Position numbers and translations under genes: made by a program. Below the pieces are notes generated by a model that saw only the letters and a program-made list of their open reading frames with translations, was not told the DNA's origin and did no database searches. From a virus, in the IMG/VR virus record IMGVR_UViG_3300036770_001413, positions 32,001 through 96,000 of that record: DNA of 64,000 nt; one strand, given 5' to 3'. Below, piece by piece: positions 1 to 9,791 of this stretch (the first letter of the stretch is position 1; the number at the start of each line of letters is the position of its first letter).

Positions 1-2553
1 CGCTTTTGTTAAATCAATTGTTCTGCCACGTGCTGCGGCATATGCAGAAACTTCAGCGCCCATCATTGCTTCAAGTTGAGCATTTACGGCTATAATTTGT
101 GCACGTGCTTGCTGCACATTTATTGTTCCCGCTCTTAATTCTGCAACAATGCTAGCAGATTGCGCTGCCGCATTTGCAGTCAATCTTTGTGTGATTGGCA
201 ATATGTCGTCAAATGTATCTAATAATTCTCTTGATACCTGTCCACCTAAGCCAATAGTTTTCTTTAATGCATCAATTTCTTGCTGGCTTTGAACTCCAAG
301 TGTTGCCATAAGAGCTGCAAATTTAGCATGCTCTGCTGCAACAACTCCTGTCGATACTCCAGACACTGTGGTTAATCCTGGAACATCTGGAAGTCTTTCA
401 GACATTAATATCTGTGGTGTTGCGCCAATCTTTCTATTTACTGGAACTGGCTGTAAGGTTAATCCAAATATACTTGAAGGATTATTAGGATCACGTGGAT
501 TTAAATGTGCCGCCGCTCTTGTTTGTGGACCAACTAAAGGATGATTTGGATCTGTAACTCTTGGAGCCCCTAGACCTCCACCCACTGTCATTATTGGAGT
601 TCCCGCTGCAGTTGCTATAGTTGCACCTAAAGCATTTGTTGTTGATGTTGCGTTAGAGGCGTTTGCCTGAAGGCCTTTTAGGTCTTCATTTAATCTTTTA
701 ATTGCAAGACTTAAAGTATCAGCAGCTTTTGCATCACTATAGAACTCATCACTAAGCATTGAGCTAGCGTTTTTAGCTGCTATAATTTCTGGGGTTAGAA
801 GTTGAAATCCTTCTGCGCCTCTAAATAAGGCTTTGAAATGTCCAAGTCCTTTAATAATATATCCAAAGAAGTTAGCAAGAACACCAGTAAGCATAATTAC
901 TGGACCGATAATTGCTGTAAATGCTCCACCAAATGCCATTACCTTCTTTATTGGATCTGGTAATTTTTGAGCAAAGTCAAGGATTGCACTAAGAACATTG
1001 ATTAATTTAGTTCCTATATTTAGGAAGTCTTCTCCTACGCCTGCAAGATCTGCTTTAAGTCCTTCTACCGCTCTACGGAATCTTCCTGCTGCTGATTCTG
1101 TTACTGCCGCCAACTCTCGACCAGCCACTTGTTCTAGTTCTGCTACGCTGGCACCCATTAAATCTAAAACTTGTAGCGTCTGGCTGCCCTCTCTACCTAG
1201 GTTATTTAGTAAAGCGCTGATTCTTGCAAACTGAAACTTACCGAACATCTGTTCAATTGCTTGTGCTTTTGAAAGAGGATCAAGTTGATCTAATGCTGAT
1301 TGTAAATCTAAAAGTAATGAGGTTGTATCTCCTGCATTTGCTTTTACCATGCCAAGAATATCTATTCCAAAATCTTTCATTAAGCCAACGGTTTGTTTTG
1401 TTGGATTAATTAAAGAAGCTAATCCAGACTTAATAGCGTTAGCTGCTTCTGAAGCATTGATTCCGCCCTCTCGCATTGCTGTTAGATAAAGAGCAAGGTC
1501 CTGTATGTCTCCACCAAGACTTCTTACAACTGGACCTGCTTTTGGAATTGCAGTTACCAAATCATTTAGCGTTGTTGATGTTTGGTTTTCTACTGCGTTT
1601 AAAAAGTTAATTGATTGAGAAAGTTCTTCTGTATTTTGTTTAAATGCTGTTTGAATAGCAAGAGTTGCCTTCATGGCTTCTTGTCTATCAACTTCACCTA
1701 ATACTGCTAATCTTGTAGTTTCTGAAATTGAAGATAGGAGCTCGTCCCCTGTTTTTCCAGTAGCAGCAATATCAGCGGCAAGAGCAATTGTTTCTGAGAA
1801 ATTAACTCCCATTGCAGAGGATAGTTCTTTTGCGGTAGCAGAGACCTCATCTCTAATTCTAGATAACTCTTGTGCGGAAGTTCCAGCAACATCTCCATAA
1901 ACCTTAGTTAAACGGGTTAATTCTTGATCTGCTGTTTTAAATGCATCTGCTGCTGCTTTACCAAATGCTGCAAGTGGTAGTGTTAATCCTACTGTTAACT
2001 GACGTCCTGCCCATTGAGTATTTTTACCCCAGTTAATAAGCTGAACTCCACCATCCTGAATAACCTTATTCATTATCTGGAATTCTTGTCTTAGTAGAGA
2101 TGTTTTATTTTTTACTAAATCTAATCCTCTTGGAATATGTACGTTATATTGCATTAGCCCCTGGGCATTTTTACCTAGGGGTTGCAATACAGCATTTTGT
2201 AATTGAACTTGTTGCTTAGCGAGATCTCTGATTAATCCGCCGCTTGTTCTTGAATGTTCTTGATATGTTCTAAAATAATCTCTTAGCTTTAATCTTCCAC
2301 CATCTAGATTCTTGCCAAATTTTTCTACATCTGATGTTAGGCTTACAAAGTGTGAAGAAAATTGCCCAGTCTTGAGCATGTTCTGGTTGAACATTGCATT
2401 AGCTGCATCTATCTGACCAGCTAACGCTCTATTGGCACCAGCAAATTCTTGTTGAAGTTTGAATAGGCTGCTTGTAACTCGTTGCACATCGGCAATAAGA
2501 TTTGAAAAATCCGAATTTGCAACTATACTAGTTACAATTTTTTCGTCAGCCAT
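1..2553 (-). CDS. Tape measure protein (5' part; runs off window)
   Basis: ATG at 2553 (MADEKIVTSIVANSDFSNL...). Ala/Leu/Gln-rich helical protein with a TP901-type core (QLTVGLTLPLAAFGKAA...YLTAMREGGINASEAANAIKSGL). Follows the tail chaperones; absent from the ORF track because it is truncated. Confidence 0.93.
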   Translation of the reverse strand, partial: MADEKIVTSIVANSDFSNLIADVQRVTSSLFKLQQEFAGANRALAGQIDAANAMFNQNMLKTGQFSSHFVSLTSDVEKFGKNLDGGRLKLRDYFRTYQEHSRTSGGLIRDLAKQQVQLQNAVLQPLGKNAQGLMQYNVHIPRGLDLVKNKTSLLRQEFQIMNKVIQDGGVQLINWGKNTQWAGRQLTVGLTLPLAAFGKAAADAFKTADQELTRLTKVYGDVAGTSAQELSRIRDEVSATAKELSSAMGVNFSETIALAADIAATGKTGDELLSSISETTRLAVLGEVDRQEAMKATLAIQTAFKQNTEELSQSINFLNAVENQTSTTLNDLVTAIPKAGPVVRSLGGDIQDLALYLTAMREGGINASEAANAIKSGLASLINPTKQTVGLMKDFGIDILGMVKANAGDTTSLLLDLQSALDQLDPLSKAQAIEQMFGKFQFARISALLNNLGREGSQTLQVLDLMGASVAELEQVAGRELAAVTESAAGRFRRAVEGLKADLAGVGEDFLNIGTKLINVLSAILDFAQKLPDPIKKVMAFGGAFTAIIGPVIMLTGVLANFFGYIIKGLGHFKALFRGAEGFQLLTPEIIAAKNASSMLSDEFYSDAKAADTLSLAIKRLNEDLKGLQANASNATSTTNALGATIATAAGTPIMTVGGGLGAPRVTDPNHPLVGPQTRAAAHLNPRDPNNPSSIFGLTLQPVPVNRKIGATPQILMSERLPDVPGLTTVSGVSTGVVAAEHAKFAALMATLGVQSQQEIDALKKTIGLGGQVSRELLDTFDDILPITQRLTANAAAQSASIVAELRAGTINVQQARAQIIAVNAQLEAMMGAEVSAYAAARGRTIDLTKA

Positions 2554-2564
2554 TTACCTCTTTG

Positions 2565-2933
2565 TTACTCCTTAGAGTATCCAAGTCCTGCTCCGATACC
2601 AAATCCTGCTTCTGCAGCCATCGAGCCTTGCAAAGAAACCACATCATCTGTTGTGGCCTCTATGCCCATAGCCCTTAATCGGATATCTTCAAAGGTTGGA
2701 CCTTTTTGTTCTTGCTCATCTCTTAGGTCTATGCCCTTTAAAGATGCCAAGAATATTCTTTTTTCACTTTCATCCTTTTGCATTGATTCTATCGTTTGCA
2801 AAAGTTCTGGTAATGAAAGGCTTTCTTCTAGGTCTTGGTAGCTTTTCCAAGCTCCCAAAAGAAAAACTCTTTTTACTAGAGCGGCTAAATCTAGTTCTGA
2901 CCAGCCAGAACTGCTGCCGCTATTAGGTTTGGG
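2565..2933 (-). CDS. Tail assembly chaperone GT, frameshifted C-terminal part
   Basis: The -1 frame is open from slippery C CCA AAC (2933-2927) through ORF 2565..2858; lies just before the tape measure gene. Confidence 0.8.
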   Translation of the reverse strand, partial: PKPNSGSSSGWSELDLAALVKRVFLLGAWKSYQDLEESLSLPELLQTIESMQKDESEKRIFLASLKGIDLRDEQEQKGPTFEDIRLRAMGIEATTDDVVSLQGSMAAEAGFGIGAGLGYSKE

Positions 2934-3223
2934 TCGTCTAGTTTAATTCCTCCACAAACTTCGAGGATTCTATTAATTGTAGGAACATCTAAAGCTTCCT
3001 CAAGCTTGTCCCGATCTTTTATAAGTTCTGGAAGTTGTGTCTCTAATGCAATTGCACATGCGTCAATTAAAACACTTAGTGATTGATCTTCTGTTGTAGC
3101 CTCTTGGGCCTTATTCATAGCTGCCATAAATTTACGGAGCTGCTTAATAGATAGCGGTTTCAATTGAACCGTATCGCCATTTTGTAGTTTTATTTCTTCT
3201 ACGTCGTATACTGTAGTAGCCAA
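2891..3223 (-). CDS. Tail assembly chaperone G
   Basis: 110 aa between major tail and tape measure; LKPLSIKQLRKF motif; slippery site near the 3' end. Confidence 0.85.
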   Translation of the reverse strand: MATTVYDVEEIKLQNGDTVQLKPLSIKQLRKFMAAMNKAQEATTEDQSLSVLIDACAIALETQLPELIKDRDKLEEALDVPTINRILEVCGGIKLDDPNLIAAAVLAGQN

Positions 3224-3282
3224 TTTATCCTCCTATGGATAGTTATAAACATTATAACAAATAGATTTTATTAACACAAGCA

Positions 3283-3311
3283 CAAAACCCCCGTATTTTA
3301 CGGGGGTTTTG
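3283..3311 (-). terminator. Intrinsic terminator after major tail gene
   Basis: Inverted repeat CAAAACCCCCGTA/TACGGGGGTTTTG. Confidence 0.8.
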
Positions 3312-3328
3312 CAAATAGCCTAAATGAA

Positions 3329-4039
3329 TTAAGCTAGGATTCTATCAATAATCTTACCATACTCTGATCCGACGTAATTAGCGTCTGGAAGGAGACGGAA
3401 GGTCACTGGGAATGTGGTTGGGGTATTACGTGCTAGGGTGAACTGTGTCTGTTGTACAGAAAGAACACGACGAGCATAGTATACACGCTCAGAATTTGCT
3501 GATGACTCTGTGGCTGTTACAGTTTTGAATGTTGGAGCTTGTCCAACTGCAAATAGCTGACGCTCTGTTGGAGCAATTCCAAGAGCACCTGCCTCAAGAC
3601 CAAGAGTTAGGTCTCCTGCTGCACCGCTAGGGCCTGCATAGTTATCTGTTGATGCTGAACCATTCTTCTTAAGAGTTGATGCACCTTGTCCAAATACTGT
3701 TAGAACGTTTTGCAAAGTTCCTTCTGTCATTTCAGTCATAATCATGACCTGCATAGCAGACTTGAAAAGCTTTGCTGCGTCTAGCAACTGATCTACGGTA
3801 ACGTCTTCGAATGTTGGGTTATAAGTGATCTGAAGACCATTGTTTGTAAAACCAACATTACGAACCTTAGCTGAAGCAGTCAAAGCTGTTGAAGCTGTTG
3901 TACCACCTGTAAAGGTGATGTGTCCAGCATCTAGCAAGTTTTCGAAATCTGCTGCATAAGTTGCATCGGTTGAGTCTTTTGTAGAAATAAATACTGGGGC
4001 TGCACCGACGATGATGTTTTTAGCATTATTAAATGCCAT
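3329..4039 (-). CDS. Major tail (tube) protein
   Basis: NIIVGAAPVF, VGFTNNGLQITYNPTFEDVTVDQL and FPVTFRLLPD motifs; position; followed by a terminator. Confidence 0.88.
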   Translation of the reverse strand: MAFNNAKNIIVGAAPVFISTKDSTDATYAADFENLLDAGHITFTGGTTASTALTASAKVRNVGFTNNGLQITYNPTFEDVTVDQLLDAAKLFKSAMQVMIMTEMTEGTLQNVLTVFGQGASTLKKNGSASTDNYAGPSGAAGDLTLGLEAGALGIAPTERQLFAVGQAPTFKTVTATESSANSERVYYARRVLSVQQTQFTLARNTPTTFPVTFRLLPDANYVGSEYGKIIDRILA

Positions 4040-4143
4040 TGTTTCTACCTCCTATTTTAAAAAATTAATTGTTTGAGCTGGCTAGGCTCTTTCCTCTTTC
4101 CTCTATGTCCAATTTTAAGGCATAGGAGGACAAAAGGCAAATA

Positions 4144-4659
4144 CTAGGTATATCGGCCAGAGGTATTGGTTATGCGAGAATATTTGATCTCAAGAATGAT
4201 ATCTGCCGAATAGAAACCCTGCATTTCCTGCGATGGCTCTGTCGGGGACATATCGTCAACATGAATACTATGGAATTTGAATTTCTGAGAATTGAAGTTT
4301 GCGGACAAATTGACATCTCTGGCAGATTCATCCATTCTTCTAAATTCATCTATCATGAAATTGCGGACTTCATTAATCTTGGAAACATCTGTTGAATATA
4401 CGGTAAATAGGATTTGCTCATTACAGATTAGCCATAGGGTGTCATATGAGACTCCGATTTTATCGTAGACTATATGGTCCTTCCCGCTCAAAAATTGATT
4501 CATATCTGGGATCTGTTGTACTGGGATAATAGGAACTAAAGTCTCTCCTATATTATCGCTATAATAATCGTCTGGGTTAAATATCTCTGCCGCCTGCAAT
4601 TTTGTCCAAATATATTTGCGAAGCTCAAGCATTGCGTCTAATTTATAATTAACTGTCAT
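4144..4659 (-). CDS. Putative tail terminator / tail completion protein
   Basis: 171 aa immediately upstream of major tail; siphovirus synteny. Confidence 0.6.
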   Translation of the reverse strand: MTVNYKLDAMLELRKYIWTKLQAAEIFNPDDYYSDNIGETLVPIIPVQQIPDMNQFLSGKDHIVYDKIGVSYDTLWLICNEQILFTVYSTDVSKINEVRNFMIDEFRRMDESARDVNLSANFNSQKFKFHSIHVDDMSPTEPSQEMQGFYSADIILEIKYSRITNTSGRYT

Positions 4660-5435
4660 AATGATGCTCCGAATGCTGAAGTCAGGGCTGCGTCAGCCTG
4701 TACAGCAATTGTATTTGGATTAAATGTATATTTAACTGTTCTAATATCGGCGGGAACCCTAAGAGCCTTAGTCATAGCATTATTAAATAATCTTTGGAAT
4801 CCAGATTTCTTAATTGAGGCATTAACTAAATTACTCTTAAAGAATCTAGAATATGTCATCATAAATGAATTTTTGACACCCACTCCTCCAGGCCTTTTAA
4901 CGACCACAGAGGCTCCTTCTGGCATGAAGACCGTATAACCATTGGTCTCAAATACAAGGCGCTTAGAATGGCGTGGAGCAATTTTAAGGGGCATTCCAGC
5001 TTCCATCACAGAGGCTTTGCTTACAAATACATGTCTGCGATTACCCTCAGTTGAGGCAAATGTTTTTGAAGGCAGAAATTCATAAGAAATAGAAAATCCT
5101 AAACCTTCTGTATTTAATTTATTTAATTTAAATAATCTTGATCCTGAATCTCCGACCTGATTCCATTCATATACATGGTGAAGGGTTTTAGGCTTTACCC
5201 TAGCCTGAGAATCTACATATTCGCCAAAGTCTTTTTCTAATTGATTAAATATAACTTCTCTAAATTTATTTTTAAATGACGCATTTGTAGTCAGCTTGCT
5301 AATTACTTGGACATTGTAATATACGTATGCGGATATTTGAGCTACAAGGCTTTCTTTTAAAATGCCGCCCTTGGACTTAACCATGAGGTTTTGTAGTCCA
5401 CTAGCGGCCTGAATTAAGGGAGTGCTATAGTCCAA
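4656..5435 (-). CDS. Putative neck / tail completion protein
   Basis: Synteny between head-closure and tail terminator genes; basic 259 aa protein. Confidence 0.5.
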   Translation of the reverse strand: MDYSTPLIQAASGLQNLMVKSKGGILKESLVAQISAYVYYNVQVISKLTTNASFKNKFREVIFNQLEKDFGEYVDSQARVKPKTLHHVYEWNQVGDSGSRLFKLNKLNTEGLGFSISYEFLPSKTFASTEGNRRHVFVSKASVMEAGMPLKIAPRHSKRLVFETNGYTVFMPEGASVVVKRPGGVGVKNSFMMTYSRFFKSNLVNASIKKSGFQRLFNNAMTKALRVPADIRTVKYTFNPNTIAVQADAALTSAFGASL

Positions 5436-5853
5436 TTCTCTGGTTCTCCGATCTCTTAATTACTGAGTTGTATGCTATCACCGTGCCGAATCCGTCTGTT
5501 ACGGGAGTGCTTCCAATTACCTCAAAAACGGTGGGAGTCTCTGAAGGATAATTTAATTCTACCCAGATAGGATTGTTCTTTGAATCTCTAATGTTTGTAA
5601 CTTTTTCTCTATAGGTTAATTTATGAGAAGTTCTTACTTGAAGAATCTCCTCATTATTATATTTAGTTCCATAAGACTGAATGCTATTTGTGCGGGTAGA
5701 TGAAGAATTACTGATTACGCCCTTGGCCGAGCAGTCTATGGTTTTGTAATAAACCCATTCTTTTACCAATGCCCCAGTGTCAGCATCTTGTAAATCAAAT
5801 TGACGATATACGTCCATTTTCATAGACAATACTGAGTCTACGAGGTCCAACAT
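5425..5853 (-). CDS. Putative head-tail stopper (closure) protein
   Basis: 142 aa beta-rich protein; follows the adaptor gene. Confidence 0.55.
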   Translation of the reverse strand: MLDLVDSVLSMKMDVYRQFDLQDADTGALVKEWVYYKTIDCSAKGVISNSSSTRTNSIQSYGTKYNNEEILQVRTSHKLTYREKVTNIRDSKNNPIWVELNYPSETPTVFEVIGSTPVTDGFGTVIAYNSVIKRSENQRIGL

Positions 5854-6846
5854 TTATACCACTACCATTTGGGTAAGAACATATGCGCCGAGCAACTTAT
5901 CGGCAAGCTGATTTCCTGTTCCAGAATATGCATCTCCAGAATACTCAAACTGCCAATCGAATGTCTGAATGTTCTTAACGTATTTAGTTCTCCATACGGT
6001 ATCTTTAGCAAAGTAGTCTTTCATAAGCTCAATGCATGCAAGTTGTACATTGCCTGGGACTGATTCCCAGCCGTATCTTCCTTCAACTCTATATCTTACA
6101 TTCTTGGCAAATGCCATTCCGTTATATGTATCATTAATGGACGGCGGCACAAGACCATTTGCAATATATACAGTATTGTCTAGCAATCCAGTTCTATCAA
6201 CTCTAATTCCAAAATTAGTTTCTGAAATGATCGGAGTGTATGTCCAGTTATTTACAGTTGGAGTAGAAACAGTATCTACAAGTAAAATATCATTATGGTA
6301 TAACTTATGAACATTTACAATACGATAAGGAAGCGGCAGGATATCAGAATCATTTCCAAATACCACCTCTACATCATCATATGTAAAGAAGTCCTGTCCA
6401 GTATAATCTTCAATCTGTTTACGAGCATATCTTTCAGCCCTAGTAATTTCAGTGTATGTTTTATAATTAGGATCGCTTGGATCTACTCCAAGGTTTAATT
6501 CATCCATTGCCTCATAAATATTTACATATGGGGTCACTACATCTACATAGGCTGTATGTGAGGCAGCGCTAGAATTTACCGTATACTCCCAAAGTAATTT
6601 AAATTTTCTTTGACGCTGGGTAAGGCTTAATGGTAGATTTACATAGTAACTACCAGTATCTGTTTCTGCCGCCGTTGAAGTTAATGTAGTAAGTAAAGTC
6701 GTTGGAAGAATTGCTGGTGTTATGGTGATGTCAGAAGTTACATCATACACCTTTACTGTTGGTGCAGCATCCGCTGCTACAATTTCTCCCTGCCAAAATA
6801 CTCTATGAGTTATTGGGGAGTTTGTGTTAATGTATATTTCTGCCAT
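5854..6846 (-). CDS. Head-to-tail adaptor with N-terminal Ig-like extension
   Basis: ARKQIEDYTGQDF and GRYGWESVPGNVQLACIELM motifs typical of gp6/gp15-like adaptors. Confidence 0.7.
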   Translation of the reverse strand: MAEIYINTNSPITHRVFWQGEIVAADAAPTVKVYDVTSDITITPAILPTTLLTTLTSTAAETDTGSYYVNLPLSLTQRQRKFKLLWEYTVNSSAASHTAYVDVVTPYVNIYEAMDELNLGVDPSDPNYKTYTEITRAERYARKQIEDYTGQDFFTYDDVEVVFGNDSDILPLPYRIVNVHKLYHNDILLVDTVSTPTVNNWTYTPIISETNFGIRVDRTGLLDNTVYIANGLVPPSINDTYNGMAFAKNVRYRVEGRYGWESVPGNVQLACIELMKDYFAKDTVWRTKYVKNIQTFDWQFEYSGDAYSGTGNQLADKLLGAYVLTQMVVV

Positions 6847-6855
6847 CTGTATGGC

Positions 6856-7251
6856 TTAGTTGTAGAACTCCTGCACTTCTGCTGGGGTAGCTAACACAAA
6901 GCCTTCCTCCTTATCAAAAATTGCTTGGGCTGTATCTTTGTCCATAGCAATAAATGGATGTTCTTTTGTAAAACGATGTCCCATAATTTCGTAGCTAAAG
7001 TTTGCACGATTCATTTTTACAAGAACCATATCTTCTTCTTTAACTGCCTTTGGTGCCGCCTTTGGTAATGTTTCGTTCATTTCTAATTCTTCTTCCTCTA
7101 TGTCCTTAGACTTTTGATAAATAGCCCAGGTTACGCCTTCTTCTGCAAGAGCAGCAATTATATCTTTTTTACCTTTTTGTTCTGCTATATCTACTGCAAA
7201 GTCTTCTGCAATTTGCTTTAACTCTGCAACTTTTAATGTATCAAATGACAT
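6856..7251 (-). CDS. Head-associated protein with Rho-N/HeH-like N-terminus
   Basis: LKVAELKQIAEDFAVDI...KKDIIAAL; directly after major capsid. Confidence 0.5.
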   Translation of the reverse strand: MSFDTLKVAELKQIAEDFAVDIAEQKGKKDIIAALAEEGVTWAIYQKSKDIEEEELEMNETLPKAAPKAVKEEDMVLVKMNRANFSYEIMGHRFTKEHPFIAMDKDTAQAIFDKEEGFVLATPAEVQEFYN

Positions 7252-7302
7252 TAATTTCTCCTTTTGTAGGTTATTTAATTATAGCATTAGTCAATTAAAA
7301 GG

Positions 7303-7331
7303 AAAAGCCCCCAAATTAATGGGGGCCTTTC
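7303..7331 (-). terminator. Intrinsic terminator after major capsid gene
   Basis: AAAAGCCCCC-aaattaat-GGGGGCCTTT hairpin with a U-rich tail on the minus strand. Confidence 0.75.
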
Positions 7332-7350
7332 AGCAGATCTAAATCCTAAA

Positions 7351-8400
7351 TTAGGAAGCGACCTTAACGTTCTTAACAACGACCCATGCGTCTGCCTGCT
7401 CGATTTGAACGCCAACACGTGTATACATTGTATACTCGATGGAATCCTTACGAGGCTGGAAGAAGCGGTATACGGTTACATCACGCTTGATACCAATAAC
7501 TACGTTATTTGGGAATGTCAAGTGGATATCTCCATGATCGCCAGTTTCGCCAGAGTAGTCTCCGTCTTGTGCCTCTTTTAGAAGAGGTACTTCAACGATT
7601 GGAATACCGAATGCGAATGGTGCTACGTATCCTGCTGGACCACCTAGTGGCTCAGTTGCTCCACGGATGATGCTTGATGCAATATCCTGTGGGATAGTTT
7701 GATTTGTTCCAATGCTATTTGCGTACAGGAAGTCCTGAATCAAATTGGAACCTGCAAGGAAGCGAAGATCGCCACGGCGTTGCTTGTACTTACGTGGAAG
7801 CTCCTTAAGTGCGCTGTTAAATACAGCACGGCTTACGTTTGCTCCTGCAGCATCAACAACATGTCCGTATTGCTTTGCCTTCTTTACTACACCATCAAAT
7901 GACTTGTATAGGGCATCTCCTGTGAGAGCGGTATTTCCATTGAGGACTACGTCTTCAATGTCGTTACCTGCCTGTGTTGCCATCAAACGTGCAATATGAT
8001 CTTCTAGATCTGGACCCTCAATATTGTCTTCAAGAGACTCTGTTGAAAGCTCCCAGTCTAAACGTAGTTTCTTTGTTGTCAAAGAAATCTTTGAGAAAGA
8101 TACTGCGCTATTTACGCCATCGTTATCTGCCTCTGTCGCAAGCTTCATAAGCTTCTCGCCTACTGACATACGATCAATTTCAGTGGTATCTGCTCTCATT
8201 CTAACTGTACGTGCAACCTTACCAATTACGGTAGCGTCGAACATATAGTCTAGGAAGCGAGCTGATTGTTCTGGATTTAGTAGTCCGCCCTCACCCTCTG
8301 AACCGATATGTACGCCTGTGGTTGCTACTGCAGACCCAGTCATATTAGCGGTAACTTGAGTGTTAGCAGCTACTGCTTTTTCTAACATTTCATTACTCAT
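7351..8400 (-). CDS. Major capsid protein (HK97 fold)
   Basis: GGLLNPEQSARFLD, LDWELSTESLEDNIEG and FGIPIVEVP motifs; after protease; start MSNEML behind an AGGTGA RBS. Confidence 0.93.
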   Translation of the reverse strand: MSNEMLEKAVAANTQVTANMTGSAVATTGVHIGSEGEGGLLNPEQSARFLDYMFDATVIGKVARTVRMRADTTEIDRMSVGEKLMKLATEADNDGVNSAVSFSKISLTTKKLRLDWELSTESLEDNIEGPDLEDHIARLMATQAGNDIEDVVLNGNTALTGDALYKSFDGVVKKAKQYGHVVDAAGANVSRAVFNSALKELPRKYKQRRGDLRFLAGSNLIQDFLYANSIGTNQTIPQDIASSIIRGATEPLGGPAGYVAPFAFGIPIVEVPLLKEAQDGDYSGETGDHGDIHLTFPNNVVIGIKRDVTVYRFFQPRKDSIEYTMYTRVGVQIEQADAWVVVKNVKVAS

Positions 8401-8420
8401 TTTATTTTTCACCTACCTTT

Positions 8421-9737
8421 TTATTTTAAAAGTTCATTCACGGAACCGAGGAAAGAACCGTTCCATTTTGATTTCTTGATTGTTACTTCCTGAGACCCGC
8501 CAAGGTCTGAGGACTTCTTAATTGCGGTCTCTGATTCTACCGCTACGACACGCTTTTCTACGCCATCAATCGTGTTCTTGATATCTTCTACAGCCTTTGA
8601 AAGTGCTGTATGTTGTTCTGCCAATTCTGAAATACGACCATCGACGCTCTTGCTGAATGTTTCAACTGTCTCTTTGATAGCTGATACCTGTTGAGCGTTA
8701 GCTTCGGAAGCCTTGTTCAGTGTTTCTGAGAAAAAGCCTTTTAGATCGCCAAGCATCTTTGCAAAATCAGGTTCATCAACCATAACTTCTGATACGTCGG
8801 CTGCTTTTTCCAGAGTTTCGGCAGAAGCGTCTTCAGCAGGTGCTGCCTCTTCGGCAGGAGCTGCTTCTTCAACAGCTGCTACTTCAGCAGGTGCTGTCTC
8901 TTCAACTGCAGGAGTTTCTTCAACTACTGCGTTTTCTGTATTTTCTGACACTTCATTACCTCCTTCTGCGTTTGCCTGTTTTGCAATTGTGTTTGTATCA
9001 GGCAACGTTAATCTTGACTTATGTAAATCAAGAATTCTATTTATTTCCTTTGCTTTGTTTACATCGTTTGATTCTACCCAACCAATTAAAGCTGCTGGCT
9101 TTCCAGAAACTGGTGATGTATATTCTGCATCTGTTGACATAAATACAGAATCGCTATCTTCACAATAAAAAATGTTTTCTACTTTTGTCTCTGCTGCAAT
9201 TCCCTTGAACATTAATTTGCCATTACTCTTTTGAATAGACAAAATGTTGCAAAGTTCATTTGCTGGAGAATCAACTACTGATAGCTCCATAAGAGAATAG
9301 TCTTTGATAAATCTTACTGGCTTACCTGTTGCTTTATTAACTTCATTTTCTGAGTCAATAATCTTTCCGCCGATTGAAAATCCTTGTAGGGTTCCGTCCA
9401 AAATCTTTTCCCATGTATCTTGTGCGCCTTTGGAAATGTATGCGTCTACATAAACTCCGTTAAAAAATTCGCCAGTCTTTGCGTCAAAATACGTTTCTGG
9501 CTTGAATGAAACCATTTTGCCAACAGCATTGCTTCCGTGCATTTCACGAATATTTCCACGGAAAGATTCGAATGCTTTAATGCTTGCTTCTGCTGTTACA
9601 ACATCTCCTGTTTGATCAAGATTGTCTAGTGTGGCAAAACCAGAAACTGTGCGCTTCTCACGATTGACTTTCGTGAATGGCACGGATAGGCTGATGTCGT
9701 CGCCATTAGATGACCATAGAGATTTCTCAATATTCAT
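8421..9737 (-). CDS. Prohead protease with C-terminal scaffold-like region
   Basis: VSGFATLDNLDQTGDVV, IREMH, GFSIGG and ELSVVDSPAN motifs; Glu/Ala-rich linker and coiled-coil tail. Confidence 0.9.
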   Translation of the reverse strand: MNIEKSLWSSNGDDISLSVPFTKVNREKRTVSGFATLDNLDQTGDVVTAEASIKAFESFRGNIREMHGSNAVGKMVSFKPETYFDAKTGEFFNGVYVDAYISKGAQDTWEKILDGTLQGFSIGGKIIDSENEVNKATGKPVRFIKDYSLMELSVVDSPANELCNILSIQKSNGKLMFKGIAAETKVENIFYCEDSDSVFMSTDAEYTSPVSGKPAALIGWVESNDVNKAKEINRILDLHKSRLTLPDTNTIAKQANAEGGNEVSENTENAVVEETPAVEETAPAEVAAVEEAAPAEEAAPAEDASAETLEKAADVSEVMVDEPDFAKMLGDLKGFFSETLNKASEANAQQVSAIKETVETFSKSVDGRISELAEQHTALSKAVEDIKNTIDGVEKRVVAVESETAIKKSSDLGGSQEVTIKKSKWNGSFLGSVNELLK

Positions 9738-9791
9738 ATGCTTAATTTTATAACGTTATTATATATAAGGCAAATAATCAGTTGAGTAGTA

